A stretch of 64,000 nt of DNA from Felis catus (GCF_018350175.1 NC_058370.1:125302001-125366000), one strand, 5' to 3'. Positions 12,276-25,378 are shown, counted from the stretch's first letter. Notes: generated by a model not told the origin, from the letters alone. A program made the numbers and translations.

Positions 12276-13840
12276 TCCTATTGGAAAAAATTATGGTAAA
12301 TTTCAGGTTTGACTAGATTTCAATCCTTCAGCTTAGTCTGTGTGACTATCACACTCTACTGGTTTGTATTTCCCATTAATAAATTACCTCTACCTAGTCC
12401 AGCAGCCGTGTTTGTCAAATGTCACCAGCACAGAAAGCAGCCAGTGTTTGTCAGCTCCTTCTAAAAAGAACATTTTCTTCTCCAGGAATTTAGATGATTC
12501 AGCCATTTTTGCTTCTATAGTTATCTGAAATCTTCAAAAGACCGGTATTTTAAAATATTTTCTTATTTTCCCCCTCATTATTGCAGCAGAAATGTTGGGC
12601 TATTGCATCCTGTTACATACAACTTGAAAATGGAAATCTATTCTTGTTTTTAAAACTATTTTAAAAAGACAGGCCAACAAGTACTTATTGGTCACCTGTT
12701 TTAATTTTAACATTACGCTGAAGGAGTTGGAAAAAGAGTCTAAGCAATGATCCTTAACCAAAGTCACTGACACCTATTTGAGAAGAAAAACATACCCAAA
12801 TGAAGCTGTCAGAGAACATGATAGCATTGTTGAATACAATGGGGAAGTGTGTGACCTTCCTGAAGTCACTTTGTCTTCTAGATCCCAATGTCCTCAGTTG
12901 CAAATGAGAGGCTTGATTTCAACTTGTGGTTATCAAACATTTATGTTAAAAACACTAAGCCAGATAATGGGGCTGGCCAGCTGATTGGCTGCCCAGTATA
13001 TCCATCTATATGAGGTGCTAAAACAGCATTGGAAATAGGGTAAGATGGAGAAAACTGAATTTATCAGAACTCCTGTGGGGAAGAGTACCATATGTGATCT
13101 TACAGTTAGCCATTTGGGATATTGGGTGAGATTCCCAAGGAGCATGCTTAAGAAACAACACATGGAGGATAAACCATTCTAAAGAAAGAAAATCTGGTTT
13201 ACCATGGAGCTTTTGTTCTGTTAAACTGCAAGCTTGGGCCCCGTCCAAGATGCTTGGGACAAGAAGAAAGGCTGAACCTCACCACTAGCTGTCCTGTTTT
13301 TCTGCCCCCTTCATGCAGTCAGTGCTCAGTATTTTTACATAAATGAATAAATAGTTTAAAAATATAGTCTGAATAGGACATATAAGTATTAGCACTGCAG
13401 GCTTCTGCCTAGTTCCATAGCAAATAACTCAGTCACAAATGAAATTTATGTAGAGCCCCAGTACAAAAAAAAACCAGATTTTTTAAAAAAAGCCCTGTTT
13501 AAATTAGATGTGAGAACATGGGACTTTGTTCGGTTAGCTTCCCTTTAAACCTATTGAGAAAATTTTGTCAAATCCTGGTACTCAATGGAATACTGTTTGA
13601 AAACTACTGACCTAGATGATTTCCACTTTTTTTTTTTAGCATGAATCTTCTGTGACTCTGTGATAAGTTACAGACATCTAGAGAATCAGATTGTACTGCT
13701 TTATTTCTTAAGTTTTAATGTAGTTATTCATCAATATTAATATTAACTGATTCAATAACATTTTGAGAAAAGTGAAACATTTATGCGTTAAATGTACGAT
13801 TTTCACTTTTTTCTTTGTCTTTTTTAAAACTTGTGTTCTG

Positions 13841-14040
13841 AGGGCACCTGGGTGGCTCAGTCGGTTAAGTGTCTGACTTCGGCTCAGGTCATGATCTCGC
13901 GGTCCATGGGTTCAAGACCCGCATCAGGCTCTGTGCTGACAGCCTGGAGCCTGCTTCAGATTCTGTGTCCCCTCTTTGCCCCTTCCCTACTTGTGCTCTG
14001 TCTCACTCTGTCTCTCAAAAATAAATGTTAAAAAATTTTT
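13841..14040 (+). mobile_element. Can-SINE (SINEC_Fc-like)
   Basis: Full body; TSD AACTT(G/A)T(G/A)TTCTGA. Confidence 0.95.
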
Positions 14041-14395
14041 GAACTTATATTCTGAAAGTTTTCCTGAGCTGCTTCTTTCAGCCCTTGGATTAAATAATAT
14101 GTCTATTTCCATGAGCTCTTTCTTGTTCTTTGATCACATTAAAAATAGTAACCTCTTCTCATTTTATGGGTGCCCACTCCCGTTAAACCTCTCTGAGGCT
14201 ATTAATTAGAATTCTTTTGACGTTTGTTTCTCTGTTCTAGATTATCTTCTGTTTCTGTTTCCATTTTATTCTTTCTTTTGAACAGCTGGTTCACCGCGCC
14301 TTTCCCAGAAGCCTTGACTGATATTCGTATTTAAGAAAGAATAGCTAGGTTGATTAATACAAGCAGATCTGCGATTTCCTCTGTTGCTTCAGACA

Positions 14396-14427
14396 CCCCC
14401 CCTCCCGCCCCCCCCCCCCCCCCCCCC
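14396..14427. repeat. Poly-C tract containing a GC box (G-quadruplex potential on the minus strand)
   Basis: C7-T-CCC-G-C20. Confidence 0.9.
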
Positions 14428-14919
14428 AGAAGGAGATGGTGATTCAGATTCCAGGAGCGTTGTCTGCTGGGCTTCCTGTGTCCACCTCTGCTAGGCCTAA
14501 GTGAAGAGAGTCAACTTTGGGGTACCGACTCTCATGGTAGGGGCACAGGCTCCTCCCAGCAGATTGCTTAATTCCTTCAGGAGCATCTCTCAGGTCTTCA
14601 TGGGGGTTGGCATTGCTGCTTCAGGAGACAGGGTGACTGGGGAGGGGGTGCCATCAGGCCGACCCAGCAGAATTTCACAGGGACTTCTTCATCCACCACA
14701 ACTTCTGCTTCCTCTCCCATCCCTTCCACCCATGCTCCTTCTAAAAAGCTCTGCTGCAAAGCATTCCTTCCAGGACAGCCTTCCTCCTATACATGCTCTG
14801 AGGTGTGACCTCTTATAGCCTGGTTTAATGGGCAGGATGAGCCATCTAGGATTATTTTAAATGACTATACTCCCATTCTCAGTGCTTTTTATAATGTTTT
14901 TACTTTTTATATTTTACTG

Positions 14920-15941
14920 CAGTGGCATACTAGAGATGGGGCAGTTTGGGAAACTCCGTTTAGGACACAAGCAACAGGACTGCATTGCCAGGAGGGAATT
15001 TATAAGCAATAATAGAACAAACTGAAAGAAGTCTGGTTTTTATTATCACCAAAGTCAATGATAAAATGCTTTCCCTACCCTCCAAAAATATATTTTCAAA
15101 AAATCTAACTTCCAAACAATTGCTTTGGTTACTGTAGAATTTTAATAATGTATATGTATGTTTCAAATAAGCACATTTTTTACTACTTGTTGTGTAACAA
15201 ACGTTGGATTCTACAGGGAAGTTAATTTGAAAACCTCCCAGTTATACACTGATCTCAACACAAAGGGACTCGGCTCTGCATGTTTGTTTCAAGAGTAAGT
15301 TCGTAAAGTTTTGGAATCATTCAGACTTGCTTTTTGGTGCCATTTCTGTCTCCAGTCCCTGTGGTACTACATATTCCTGCATTTACACGGTAGATAAGAA
15401 ATAAGCAGTGACAGTGCAGTATTGTAAGGACAAACAGAGCTGAGTTACTTTAACTGTCTCTATCTATGTGATCATTCTGAGTTTTTTGTTTGTGTTTAAA
15501 TGTAAAACCGAGATATACAGGGCAAAGTGTGAGGTGTAATATTTTTATGGTAAGTATAAATTGTAGCTCATGCAAGAAATCTTGTATTAAATTATAACAA
15601 TATCTGTACATGGAAATTTCTTATTTATAAATTAATTTTTTATTGTAAATTATGGAACAAACCGAGGATATCATGACTGTTACTGAAAGTAATTTTGTCC
15701 TAAAGAAGGCAGTGTTAAAAATTGGTCCATCCCAGGGGCACCTGGGTGTCTCAGTCACTTGAGCATCTGACTTCAGCTCAGGTCATGATCTCACAGTTTG
15801 TGGGTTCGAGCCCCACACGGGGCTCTGGGGCTGTGTGCTGACAGCTCAGAGCCTGAAGCCTGCTTCGGATCCTGTGTCTCCCTCTCTCTCTCTCTGCCCC
15901 TTCCCCGTTCATTTTTTCTCTTTCTCTCAAAAAGAAAGAAA

Positions 15942-15993
<52 letters not shown>

Positions 15994-16025
15994 AGAAAGA
16001 ATTGATCCATCCCAGGTGTCAATAC
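14920..16025 (+). mobile_element. MER97-type hAT-Tip100 non-autonomous DNA transposon, split by a SINE
   Basis: Starts CAGTGGCATAC; internal TTTTTATTATCACC, GAGTAAGTTCGTAAAG and CCCTGTGGTACTACATATTCCTGCATTTA match the MER97 consensus as I recall it. Confidence 0.8.
15735..16000 (+). mobile_element. Can-SINE with an expanded (GAAA)n tail
   Basis: TSD ATTG(G/A)TCCATCCCAGG at 15721-15736 and 16001-16016; (GAAA)n at about 15930-16000. Confidence 0.95.
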
Positions 16026-18829
16026 TCATCAGTGAGTTAGGGGGAAGAAGGAAGTACCCACATGTGTTCAGGCTGCCATTTTGAACCAGAACATATTATG
16101 AGAAAACAGAGAATTCCAGAGGATAAATGGCTTTTTGAAAGCAACATAAGGCAGTAGTGAAACTTGTGTTCCACTCCTTTTTTTTTCTTTTTTATCCAAA
16201 CTTGTCCTTGTAGTTGGTGTGAACCCTCAGCCTGTGAATGCACACACTTCGAGCTCCACCACCCCTCCGGGCTGAGGAGGACAAGTCCCTGTCCCCCTGT
16301 TGGGGCTTCTCAGACTGCTTTAGTCCAGACTTTTCTCACCTCTCACATATTTTGTTCTTCACCCAGCAGCTTTTCATATTATACTGGCGTTTTCTTCCAC
16401 TTGGACTACAAGCTCTTTAAGGGAAGAGACCATATCTTATGGGTCCCTTGAAGCATGGAGTCTGTTTACTACAGGTTCCCAGGGGTGGTTGCTGATAGAC
16501 ATGGTCATGGTGAGATTGCTAAGGACTAGTCCTTAATGGTGACCCACGTGGAAAATGGTGGTGTTTTTTTTTTAATGGCCAATTCATTTGAAACCAGACT
16601 GAAAAGTAAGTTCTGAAATCTAAGTGCTTTTTATGTCTTGGTCAAAAGTGAAGTACAATGATAAAGCAATGAGATTTCCTGCTGGCTAAATTTATCCAAT
16701 TGTTCTAAAGAAATCTCCAGAGTACAGACATGTTCTGTGCTGTGGTGAAGTCCATGGCCTGTGCATATAGCCTTTTTTAGAGGAACTATTCTGCTGGTTT
16801 TGTTGCCTAAGTTTCCTGAGGTAATACCACCTTCTTAAAGCACTAAGTCACACTGAAGGCATTGGTTAAATCTGAAATGTTATCAGAGATAAAGGAGAAT
16901 GAAATTTGATAAGGAAATAACAGTTTCACTCCCTCTTGGTTTGGGAGAAAATCATCCTTGTTATGAGACACCTTCTGTTCAAATGTTGTGCAACTTCAGT
17001 TCTGGAGAAAAATAGAGGAGGATAGGGTAGCTGGGGCTGACAGGAGAATATTAGCTTGTATCATTATGATCTGGCTTGTTTTTTCCTTTTTAATCTGGAC
17101 CGAGAGGCCAACAAATTGAGGAAGTGGTGGGAGAAGAGATAGCTGGAGGAATGTAGTCTCAGACAAAAAGATGTCTCATTGGAAAGATGAGGCTATGTTT
17201 GGATAATATCAGTTTATCAAGTCACGATGAGGTGGAGAGGATAAGCTGAGGCTTGTTTAGCACCCATAAATACTAGATGCTTAAGAGTGGTGAACTCAGG
17301 ATAAATAACAGGGAGGTACGATTTCAAAAGAGGGAAGCAAGTACGGTTCTGGAACCCATTAGCCAAAGAGGTGGTACTGGCCAGGATACAGGTGGACTGC
17401 AGAGGTTCAATTCATTCATGGATGAAGGGTATAGAACAGATTCTTCAGGGCGGCCAGGGTGGTTGGGCGCTTCTCTGGCCTCCGAGGTGCTATCAGTGTG
17501 ACATCCCTGCCCGGGAGCACTCACTCGTGGAGCCCTCATTTCAGACCGTCTCCTGGACTGCAGGAACCGAGGCGCTGGCCCAGGGGCACAGTTCTGATGT
17601 TCTCGTGTTTCATCTTCCTGGGCTAACTATTAACTTTCAGCCTCAAGTGTCTGTCACCAAGTCATCTGTCTTGGTAAATGCTGTTGGGGTCTCTGTATTG
17701 TGAGGAGGCAATGAATCTTCCCTGCTGACAGTGAGAATATCCACACCAAGCTGCCATAGAGATTTCTGCTTCCCACAATGTTTATGACAGTAAATTAGGC
17801 TACAGAGTGCACCAGAGATTGTTTCCATAACCCCTGATACCTGGTATATTTGTCAGCCTCACTCCATGGACTGTGACTTTAGTAGAGCCAGAAAATGTTT
17901 AAAATATAAGGCCACAGATAATATATAAAATTATCAGAGCACTTTGTAAGAACTTGCACTGGTTTATTTGGACCTTTCCCTCAGATATCATGTATTTCCT
18001 TTCCTCTTTGTCTCTCTGGTCTTTCCGTTATCTTTCCATTTTCCTCTGGCTTCTTTGTTGGTTTTCATTCCATATCCAAGCAGAGTAGTGTGGGATTTCC
18101 CTTAAGCTTTTCACTGAATCCTCTGCGTGCCTACCTCCACAGCCATTTTCTAAGGGAGCTCCGTTGTGTAAGCCACCTGTGTGTTCAGGTGATTTCCAGG
18201 TCTCTAGGCCCTACGCTAACTCTTATCCTCTTTGCCTTGTGTCCAGGTGCTTTCCTTTATGCTTACACTTACCTTACGGGTTTAGTCTTTAGCTTAAAAT
18301 CTTGTGTTGTAAGACCTGGTTGCAAAATAGAGAGATAGTTGTTTCATAAAACAATTTCTATTGAATGTCATTCCAATCAAAACAGAAACTTTGGAGAAAT
18401 ACTCATTTATTGCATGTATTTCTCAAAATGTATTTGGTAAATCTGTCCTTTGACATTGGAGTCTTTTTTTTTTAAAAGAGCAAAAATCTATTTTCTTATG
18501 CATTTTATTCCTTTGTATAATTGAATGGCTCCTTTGTTCTCAGAACTGCAGAAGAGTTGCTAATATTGAGATGAATGATACATAGATAACATTATTGAAA
18601 TAAATCCTTTGCTAGAGGAAAACTTTGAATTCTTGATTCTAGCAATCCATTATATCCATTCTTTATGACCTTGAACAGGTCGGGACTAATTTGTGGGTTG
18701 TGAAATTTTTAAATTTGGTGGTCACTACCTATGATTGAAATACAAGAGATTGGATATAATATTTTTTCCAGCCTTATTGCAACATCACTGAAATTGAAGA
18801 GAATGAAATAGTACAGAATAGAGTAGGAT

Positions 18830-21330
18830 TCTGGGTCTGCTTAGGATGCAGAAAGCCCCAAGATAAGTTTGTTCTTTCCCTATAAATGAGAAAAGACTGT
18901 AATAACTTTCTTAAATCCATAATAGAGTTGAGGTCACAAAACAATTCAGAATTCCAGAAGTGACAGGTTTCTCCAAGAAGCGATGAAACACGTGAGCAAT
19001 TTCACATTTGTCAGAACGTGAGATAAAGAAGAGGCGACCGTTTAAAGGGGAAGAGGAAGACAACGTTGTAATGAGTTCTTACAGGCTGAGTATGGACGCA
19101 TGTGACAGCTTAGAATAGCTGGGAACTACAGACATGAGAGAATGTGCACTCAGTCATAAGCTCTTTTCTGCTGGTCTCCAGTGGGTCCTCAAAAGAAAGA
19201 TTAGGGACAGGGCAGGAGACTGCTGGTGGTACAGATGTGTAGCGATGGGTTGCTGCTGGTACATGGAAATAAAGCACAGCTAACTTCCTGAGATTCCCCC
19301 TCACACCTAAGGAAAGGCCTTAGGATGCTGAGCAAAGGCCTTAAACCTGGTTGGATCCAGGATTCTGCCCAGATAAGAAGCAGATGTCTTCTGTCACTGA
19401 GGGGCAATGAGAAATTCTCTGCCACCAACACCTTGTCTCTCCACACCACCACAGGGACACCAAAGCAGAATCTAGTGAGCATGGGGAGGAAAAGGGCAGG
19501 AACACACAAAAAAACCCTCAATCCCCAAGGCCCTGGTGGACCGGACCTGCCTAAGACTAAGTCTGGGTCGGAGAACCAAGAACCCCTGCTATGAGTCCAG
19601 CCCTGAGTAACATGCACTAGCTGTCTTTGGCTGGAGATGCTCAGGAGTGTGGAGGCAGAGCCCTTGTGGTGCAGAGTTCCAGGGACAGTTGAAAGCCAAG
19701 AGCAAGGGCATTGAGGAAAACCGCTCAGCCTTCCCTACCCACACAGAGGACAAGGTGGCAGCAGCCCACTCCTGGATGGATTTGAGTCCATGGTGCGCCG
19801 AAGGTCACTATAGCCTTAAAAAGCCCAAACCCAGATAGATCCATTAGACTGAATCAACTCCCCACACTAATGGCCTGTCTGAAGAGTCATGCATGTTCTT
19901 GCATGTATAGACTTGTAAACTTCATCTGTCTTGCTCTTCTGAACAATAAAATTTAGGAAAACATGAAAAAGCAGGGGGAAAAAAAAACCACCATGAAGTG
20001 ATAAAAAAATAGAGATGATACAGATGTTGGAACCATCAAACTTGCAGTTTGAAATAGTTGTGGTTAATATTTATTAATTATATTAGCCACTGGAGAATGT
20101 AGACAACATGTAAGCATAGATTGAGACTTTGAGTGAAGTACTGAAAACTATATATAAAAAGAGAGTTTATAAGCAGATTGGATACAGCTGAAGAAAAAAA
20201 AAATGAATGAACTCAAAGTTAAGACAATAGAAATCAACCAAACTGAAAGACAATGAGGAAAACTGAGCAGGGGCATGAGAAGAGAACAGGACACCCATGA
20301 ATCGTGGGGTAATATCAAAAGTCTGACAGATGTGAAACTGGAGTCCCAGATGGAGAAGAAATGAACAAAGCAGATGAAATATTTGAAAATTTCATGGCCA
20401 GGGGTTTTCCGAAATTAATGAACTGTAATAAACCGAAGATCCCCAAAGCCCAGTGGATCCCTGAGCAGATTAATTACCCTTTCCAGCACACCTAAGCACA
20501 TCATCTTCACATTGCTGCAGCCCAAAGGTGAAGAGAATATCTCAAAGGCAGCTAGAAAAAGAACATACATTTACAAGTTAGAGATGTCATAAACCATACA
20601 ACAACCACTAAAAAGTAACACTAAAGCAGAGGTATAACTAATGAGTCAATAGTGCAGATAAAATGAGCACAAAAATAATCAAAAAGAAGGCATGAAAAGA
20701 GGGGAGAAAGCTGTCAAGAAGAGAAGAGACAAATTAGCAAACAGCTAGCAAGATGATTTCTGTCCTACCATATCAATAATTAGATCAAACGTAACTGGTC
20801 TACACATTGCAATTGAAAAGCAGTAATTAAATATATATGTATAGCAAGTCCTCACACTGTACACTTTAAACTTACACAATGTTACATGCAAACTATGTCT
20901 CAATAAATCTGAGGGGGGTGCGAAGCAGTGATTACCAATGATTGGATAAAAAAGCAAGATAAATCTATCCACTCTTTATAAGAAATCCACTTTAAATAGA
21001 GACATAGCTAAGAGTATAAAGATGGAAAATAATATACCCCACAAACTCTAACCAAAAGGAAGCCAGAGTAGCTCTATTAATATCAGACAAAACAGACTTC
21101 AAAGGGATGTTACATTATTATAAAGTAGTCAGTTTATCAAAATGACACAATAGTACGTAATGTGTGTGAACTTAGCGGAAATTTGAAGTATAGAAAATTC
21201 AATAAAGCATGAGAAACATGAAGAAATCTATAGGAAGGCACATCATAATGGCATTTTCAAAAACAATGATAAAGGGAAAATCTTATAATGAGCCAGAGAA
21301 AAGACATGCAGGAACGAAGACAAAGCTCAC
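18830..21330 (+). mobile_element. Old L1 5'UTR + ORF1 + ORF2-start relic, internally deleted
   Basis: ORF1-like GGAGTCCCAGATGGAGAAGAA and GAAATATTTGAAAATTTCATGGCC; endonuclease-like GCTCTATTAATATCAGACAAAACAGACTTCAAAG; many stops. Confidence 0.75.
20830..20922 (+). mobile_element. 5'-truncated L1 3' tip (L1MA/L1_Carn-like) nested in the older L1
   Basis: TGTACACTTTAAACTTACACAATGTTACATGCAAACTATGTCTCAATAAA; TSD AAGCAGT(A/G)ATTA at 20818-20829 and 20923-20934. Confidence 0.75.
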
Positions 21331-21369
21331 CATATATGTATCTCTAGTGGGTGACTGAATGTAGTAAAA

Positions 21370-21541
21370 ATCATCCTGATGCCTCCCTTACATCATCCCC
21401 AGATACAGTATGTCAGTTGGATATAATACGTCCTAAAAATCTCTCCAACTCATCCACCTGTTTTCTTCTTTCCCTCTACCACTCCAGTCCAATGTTCTAT
21501 TGACTCTTTTTTTTAATAGCAAATTTTTAATGTTTACTTAT

Positions 21542-21585
<44 letters not shown>

Positions 21586-22380
21586 TGAGTGGGGAGGGGC
21601 AGAGAGAGAGAGGGAGGGAGAGAGAGAATCCCAAGCAGGTCCCATGCTGCCAGTGCAGAGTCCAACTCAGGGCTCAAACTCAAACTGTGAAGTCATGACC
21701 TGAGCTGAAACCGAGAGTCAGACACTTAACCAAATGAGCCACCCAGGCGCCCTTAATGTCCTATTAACTCTTGACCAGATTATGCAATAAGCCTCAAACT
21801 GGACTCCCTGCATCCATACCTGCCTCTTTCCAATTTGTTCTTGAGATTTTAGCCACTGTGGGGTCTAATCCTGGGGCAAAATGTGGTCTAAGCTTACCAC
21901 ACTGCCCATCCTCTTGAAACCCTTCGTGCTGACCACCCCAGAGTTCAGCAGGCTCCTCTCCCATGCTACTGCTGATTCCTCATTCGTCTTCTTTCAGCTC
22001 CTTCTATGCTCACTGCCCTTGTTGACCACAGGGCCTTTTCACGAGCTATGTTCTCTGCCTCTAAGTCTTCCACATTCTTCTCTCAATTTAATTTAATCCA
22101 ACTCAGCATGTAGATCACAATTTCATGTCTTCCTGGACCCATGACTAGTTCAGATACCCCTGTTTTACTCTAGCATCATAACCCCTCCTTTATAGATTTT
22201 ATAATTGTGATTAACTGTTGATTTGGGAGAAGTTATTTAGGTCACATCTGACTCTTTCACCTGAGTGTGAGCTTCTTGAAGCTTGTCTTTTTCTGTTCAT
22301 CACTGGATCCCCAGCACTTAACCCTTGATCCTACATACATTGGGTAATCAATAAATATTTGTGAACTGAGTGAATGGACA
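21370..22380 (+). mobile_element. L2 LINE 3' region split by a SINE
   Basis: Ends in the L2 tail TCAATAAATATTTGTGAACTGAGTGAATG. Confidence 0.85.
21509..21754 (-). mobile_element. Can-SINE with (GA)n expansion
   Basis: TSD AATGT(T/C)CTATT(G/A)ACTCTT at 21491-21508 and 21755-21772. Confidence 0.93.
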
Positions 22381-23089
22381 AGTGACTATAAAATAGGTAT
22401 AAGAGAGAATTCAGGGATACTAAGACGTTCCTATGTAATCACAGTTGAACTTGACTTTGAACCTCTCTGGCTAATGAAGTCAGTCACATCAATAAGGCCC
22501 CATATAATTCCTTCTCCTTGCTGAAATCATCTCTGGTGATAACTAGAGTATGAGGCTCCTACTCCTCCAAGCTTCTAGGACCTCTACTGACTGCTCAGCA
22601 ATTTGGGTCTTGCTTTGGTAATCACTGCTCCAGTTCCCTGTGAATGCCGTGAGTGCATGAACTGTGTCTTTGGCCGGTGCCATGAAGGCAAGCCACATGG
22701 CAGCAGTGACCTGCCAGCTCCAGAGCCTTTATCTTCCCAAAGCCTCTCTGTCTCTGCTGGAGGGACAAAACCTCCCATGGCTCTGTACCCCCCAAGCCCT
22801 TGACTCCTGCCTGCACTTTGGCTTATGTCCATTTGCTTATACTCACCTTTATCTAAACAAACACAAGCCTTCAGGTGTTTTTCTGGCACCTGCTTCATTT
22901 TGCCCATCGCGTAGTTAATTGTATGCCCGTCTTATGCATCTCTTACCAGACAGGTGTTTCTAGAAGTTGGGTGGTCTTGCTCTTTTTCCTCCTTCCAGCA
23001 CCCAGCACAGTGCCTTCATGTTAACCCGGTCTAAGGGAACATTTGCAGACTTGAACTGACTCATGAGAAGTAGGGGCAATCCAAGCGTC

Positions 23090-23300
23090 CTGCAGTATGC
23101 TGTAGTTGCCAGAGCACTGGCTTATGAGTCCACCAACTCGGGTTTTACTCTCAGTTACCCAGTGTCAGTTTCTTATCTATAAACCAAGAGAAATAATCCC
23201 TGCTCTATTCACTGCAACATGTAGTTGTTAAGATCAAATAGGATGATGGGTGTGGAGGTGTTTTGTAACATGTAAAGTATGCTGGGGGTGTAAGAGCTTT
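23090..23300 (+). mobile_element. MIR
   Basis: TCAGTTTCTTATCTATAAA...GTTGTTAAGATCAAATAGGATGAT. Confidence 0.7.
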
Positions 23301-23891
23301 TTATTTCTAGATGTGACTATGCAAAGAAACAGGCTGAAGTAGCTAAGACTTTAACTTGTGGCTCCTCTGAGCTAGGCCTGTAACTCACAGAGGGTGCCAG
23401 AGGCAACTTTGGCTTTGCTCTTTATGTAGCCACAGGGAATGATTCATTAGTTGCCGTTATGAGGACTATATATGTCGAACCACCTGGGTGTGTGGTCAAT
23501 GGTGCCAAAGTTATTTGGTCACCGGAATTTGAGAGAAATGCCTGGAGCACATCACTCGTGCTTGGTGGGTGGTGATAGTAAACTTCCTTCTGAAGGAAGG
23601 GGAACTAGATTTAATGCTAATTTCTGCTGGAGATCCTGCTGAAATTTAGAAACACATCTTCAGCAGGCATGGGAGAAGAGTGGCTCACAGCCTGCAGCAA
23701 AGGTCCTTTCCACTCTCAAGGGGCCCTGCATGGGTCTGAAGTTTCATATTCAGTTGTGATGTTCCTTCCAGTTGGCTGTGAATTCCTTGGGGACGGGCTG
23801 AGTTTTTGCCATCTTTTAATTTCCAGTCCTTACCATCTATGAGTGCTGGATATGTGCTCAAAAAGCCTTTGGCGACTATTTATAAAATAGG

Positions 23892-23975
23892 ATAAAATAA
23901 AATAAAATAAAATAAAATAAAATAAAATAAAATAAAATAAAATAAAATAAAATAAAATAAAATAAAATAAAATAA
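23892..23975. repeat. (AAAAT)n pentanucleotide microsatellite
   Basis: About 16-17 perfect units. Confidence 0.97.
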
Positions 23976-24199
23976 AGGCTAGGAGTAGGTTCCTGGTCTT
24001 GCAGAGTGGCAGATGTGGGACCAGGTAGTTACTAAGTGATGTGCTATGTGTGAGGATGGGGGCTTTGTAGAGGCTTCCTTGAATTCTCGAATTGTGTCTT
24101 GAAGGAGAAGAAGACTGAAGTCAGGGTAAGGGCAGAGGAGTGAGGGTTTGGAAGGTTGTGTAATGTTACATGCTTAAGATGTTTAAATATTTCAAGAAG

Positions 24200-24355
24200 C
24201 TTTTGCATCCATTGTCTCAGTTCTCACAGAAATGAAGATGGGAATAGGTCATCCTGAGGGTCACATTCATAGATCAGGAAACCAAATCCCAGATGCATTT
24301 AAGGACTTGACTAAAGTCACACAGCAGGTTGGAGGGAAAGCCAGAATCAGAATGC
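24200..24355 (-). mobile_element. MIR
   Basis: GACTTGACTAAAGTCACACAGCAG...AGCCAGAATCAGAA. Confidence 0.7.
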
Positions 24356-25116
24356 TTTTCACTTTTATTTATTCATTGTTCACCCTCCAACACACAGCTT
24401 TATGTGCTAGTGCAGAAGCTTCACCTTTGCATCCAAAGCTGTTTTTTGAGTGCATCTAACAGTGCATCTGAAGGAGTTTTCGGAAGTCATTATAAACTGG
24501 TCAGAAAAGGGAGCTGTTTATCAGAGTTTGGAGTGGAGAAATTTATTTGATAGCTGGTGCTATGTTCACAAACAAAAGGAATTCACTGCATGCAGTGTAG
24601 CTCCCAAGCAAAGACAGAAGAGGCCAATCCACGGTGACGTTCACAAGCCCACTGGGTGGGCAGAGCTGAAAAAACCTGCCAATTGTTGTCTAGCATTTGA
24701 AACTTAAAAAAAAAATCCTCTTGGATTTGAAAAACAAAAAACTCAAACTTCCATCTGCAGGCCTCTTCTCTTTTCCCTTCATTTCTAAACTTAGGAACAT
24801 TTAAAGAAAAATCAAATCCATATGCTTTGGGATTAACAACATTTAAATCATAAAACAGCATCACAAAGGAGCTACTTGATACCTGCCAGGCTGTATGCCT
24901 TGGGTCTTCCAAAGGAAAGTTCCTTTGCTAGATAGAGCTCCAGAATGTTCAAGCACTGTATAAATTCCTAATGCTCATGGACTTTCTCAGATTAAATGTG
25001 TGATCTGGAAGCAAGACGTTTTAATTCTCCAGGCCTTAAGACTCTCATCTAAATTGGAGTTTACCAGACCGTCTCTGTATTCCCTCCCCTCTGTAACATT
25101 CTGTGGTTCTGGCCGC

Positions 25117-25346
25117 GTGGATAGTCCTGGCTCACAGGCGCGAAGAGACTGCTAGATTCGTGTTCTGGCTTTGCCACATATGGGCTCCAAGTGATTTAGT
25201 CTCTCGTTGGCCTCAGTTTCTTTCTTCATAAAAGCTCTGTAATAGTGCCTGCCTCATAGAGTTGTGAGGTTAAATGAGTTGACACAGGCCAAATGCTGAG
25301 TTCGGAGTTGAGGACCTACGAAGTATTAAGTAGAAAGCCATGACTG
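25117..25346 (+). mobile_element. MIR
   Basis: GGCCTCAGTTTCTTTC...CCTCATAGAGTTGTGAGGTTAAATGAG. Confidence 0.75.
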
Positions 25347-25378
25347 CACACTGGTCTTCTCCTCACATTGGTAAGGGC

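Noticed and set aside
19201-19617. 138-aa ORF
   Set aside because: Lies within an old L1 5'UTR relic; no protein similarity recognised.
22603-22803. Cys/His-rich ORF (CECRECMNC...CH) resembling a metal-binding motif
   Set aside because: Non-ATG start, short, no recognisable domain spacing and no convincing splice context.
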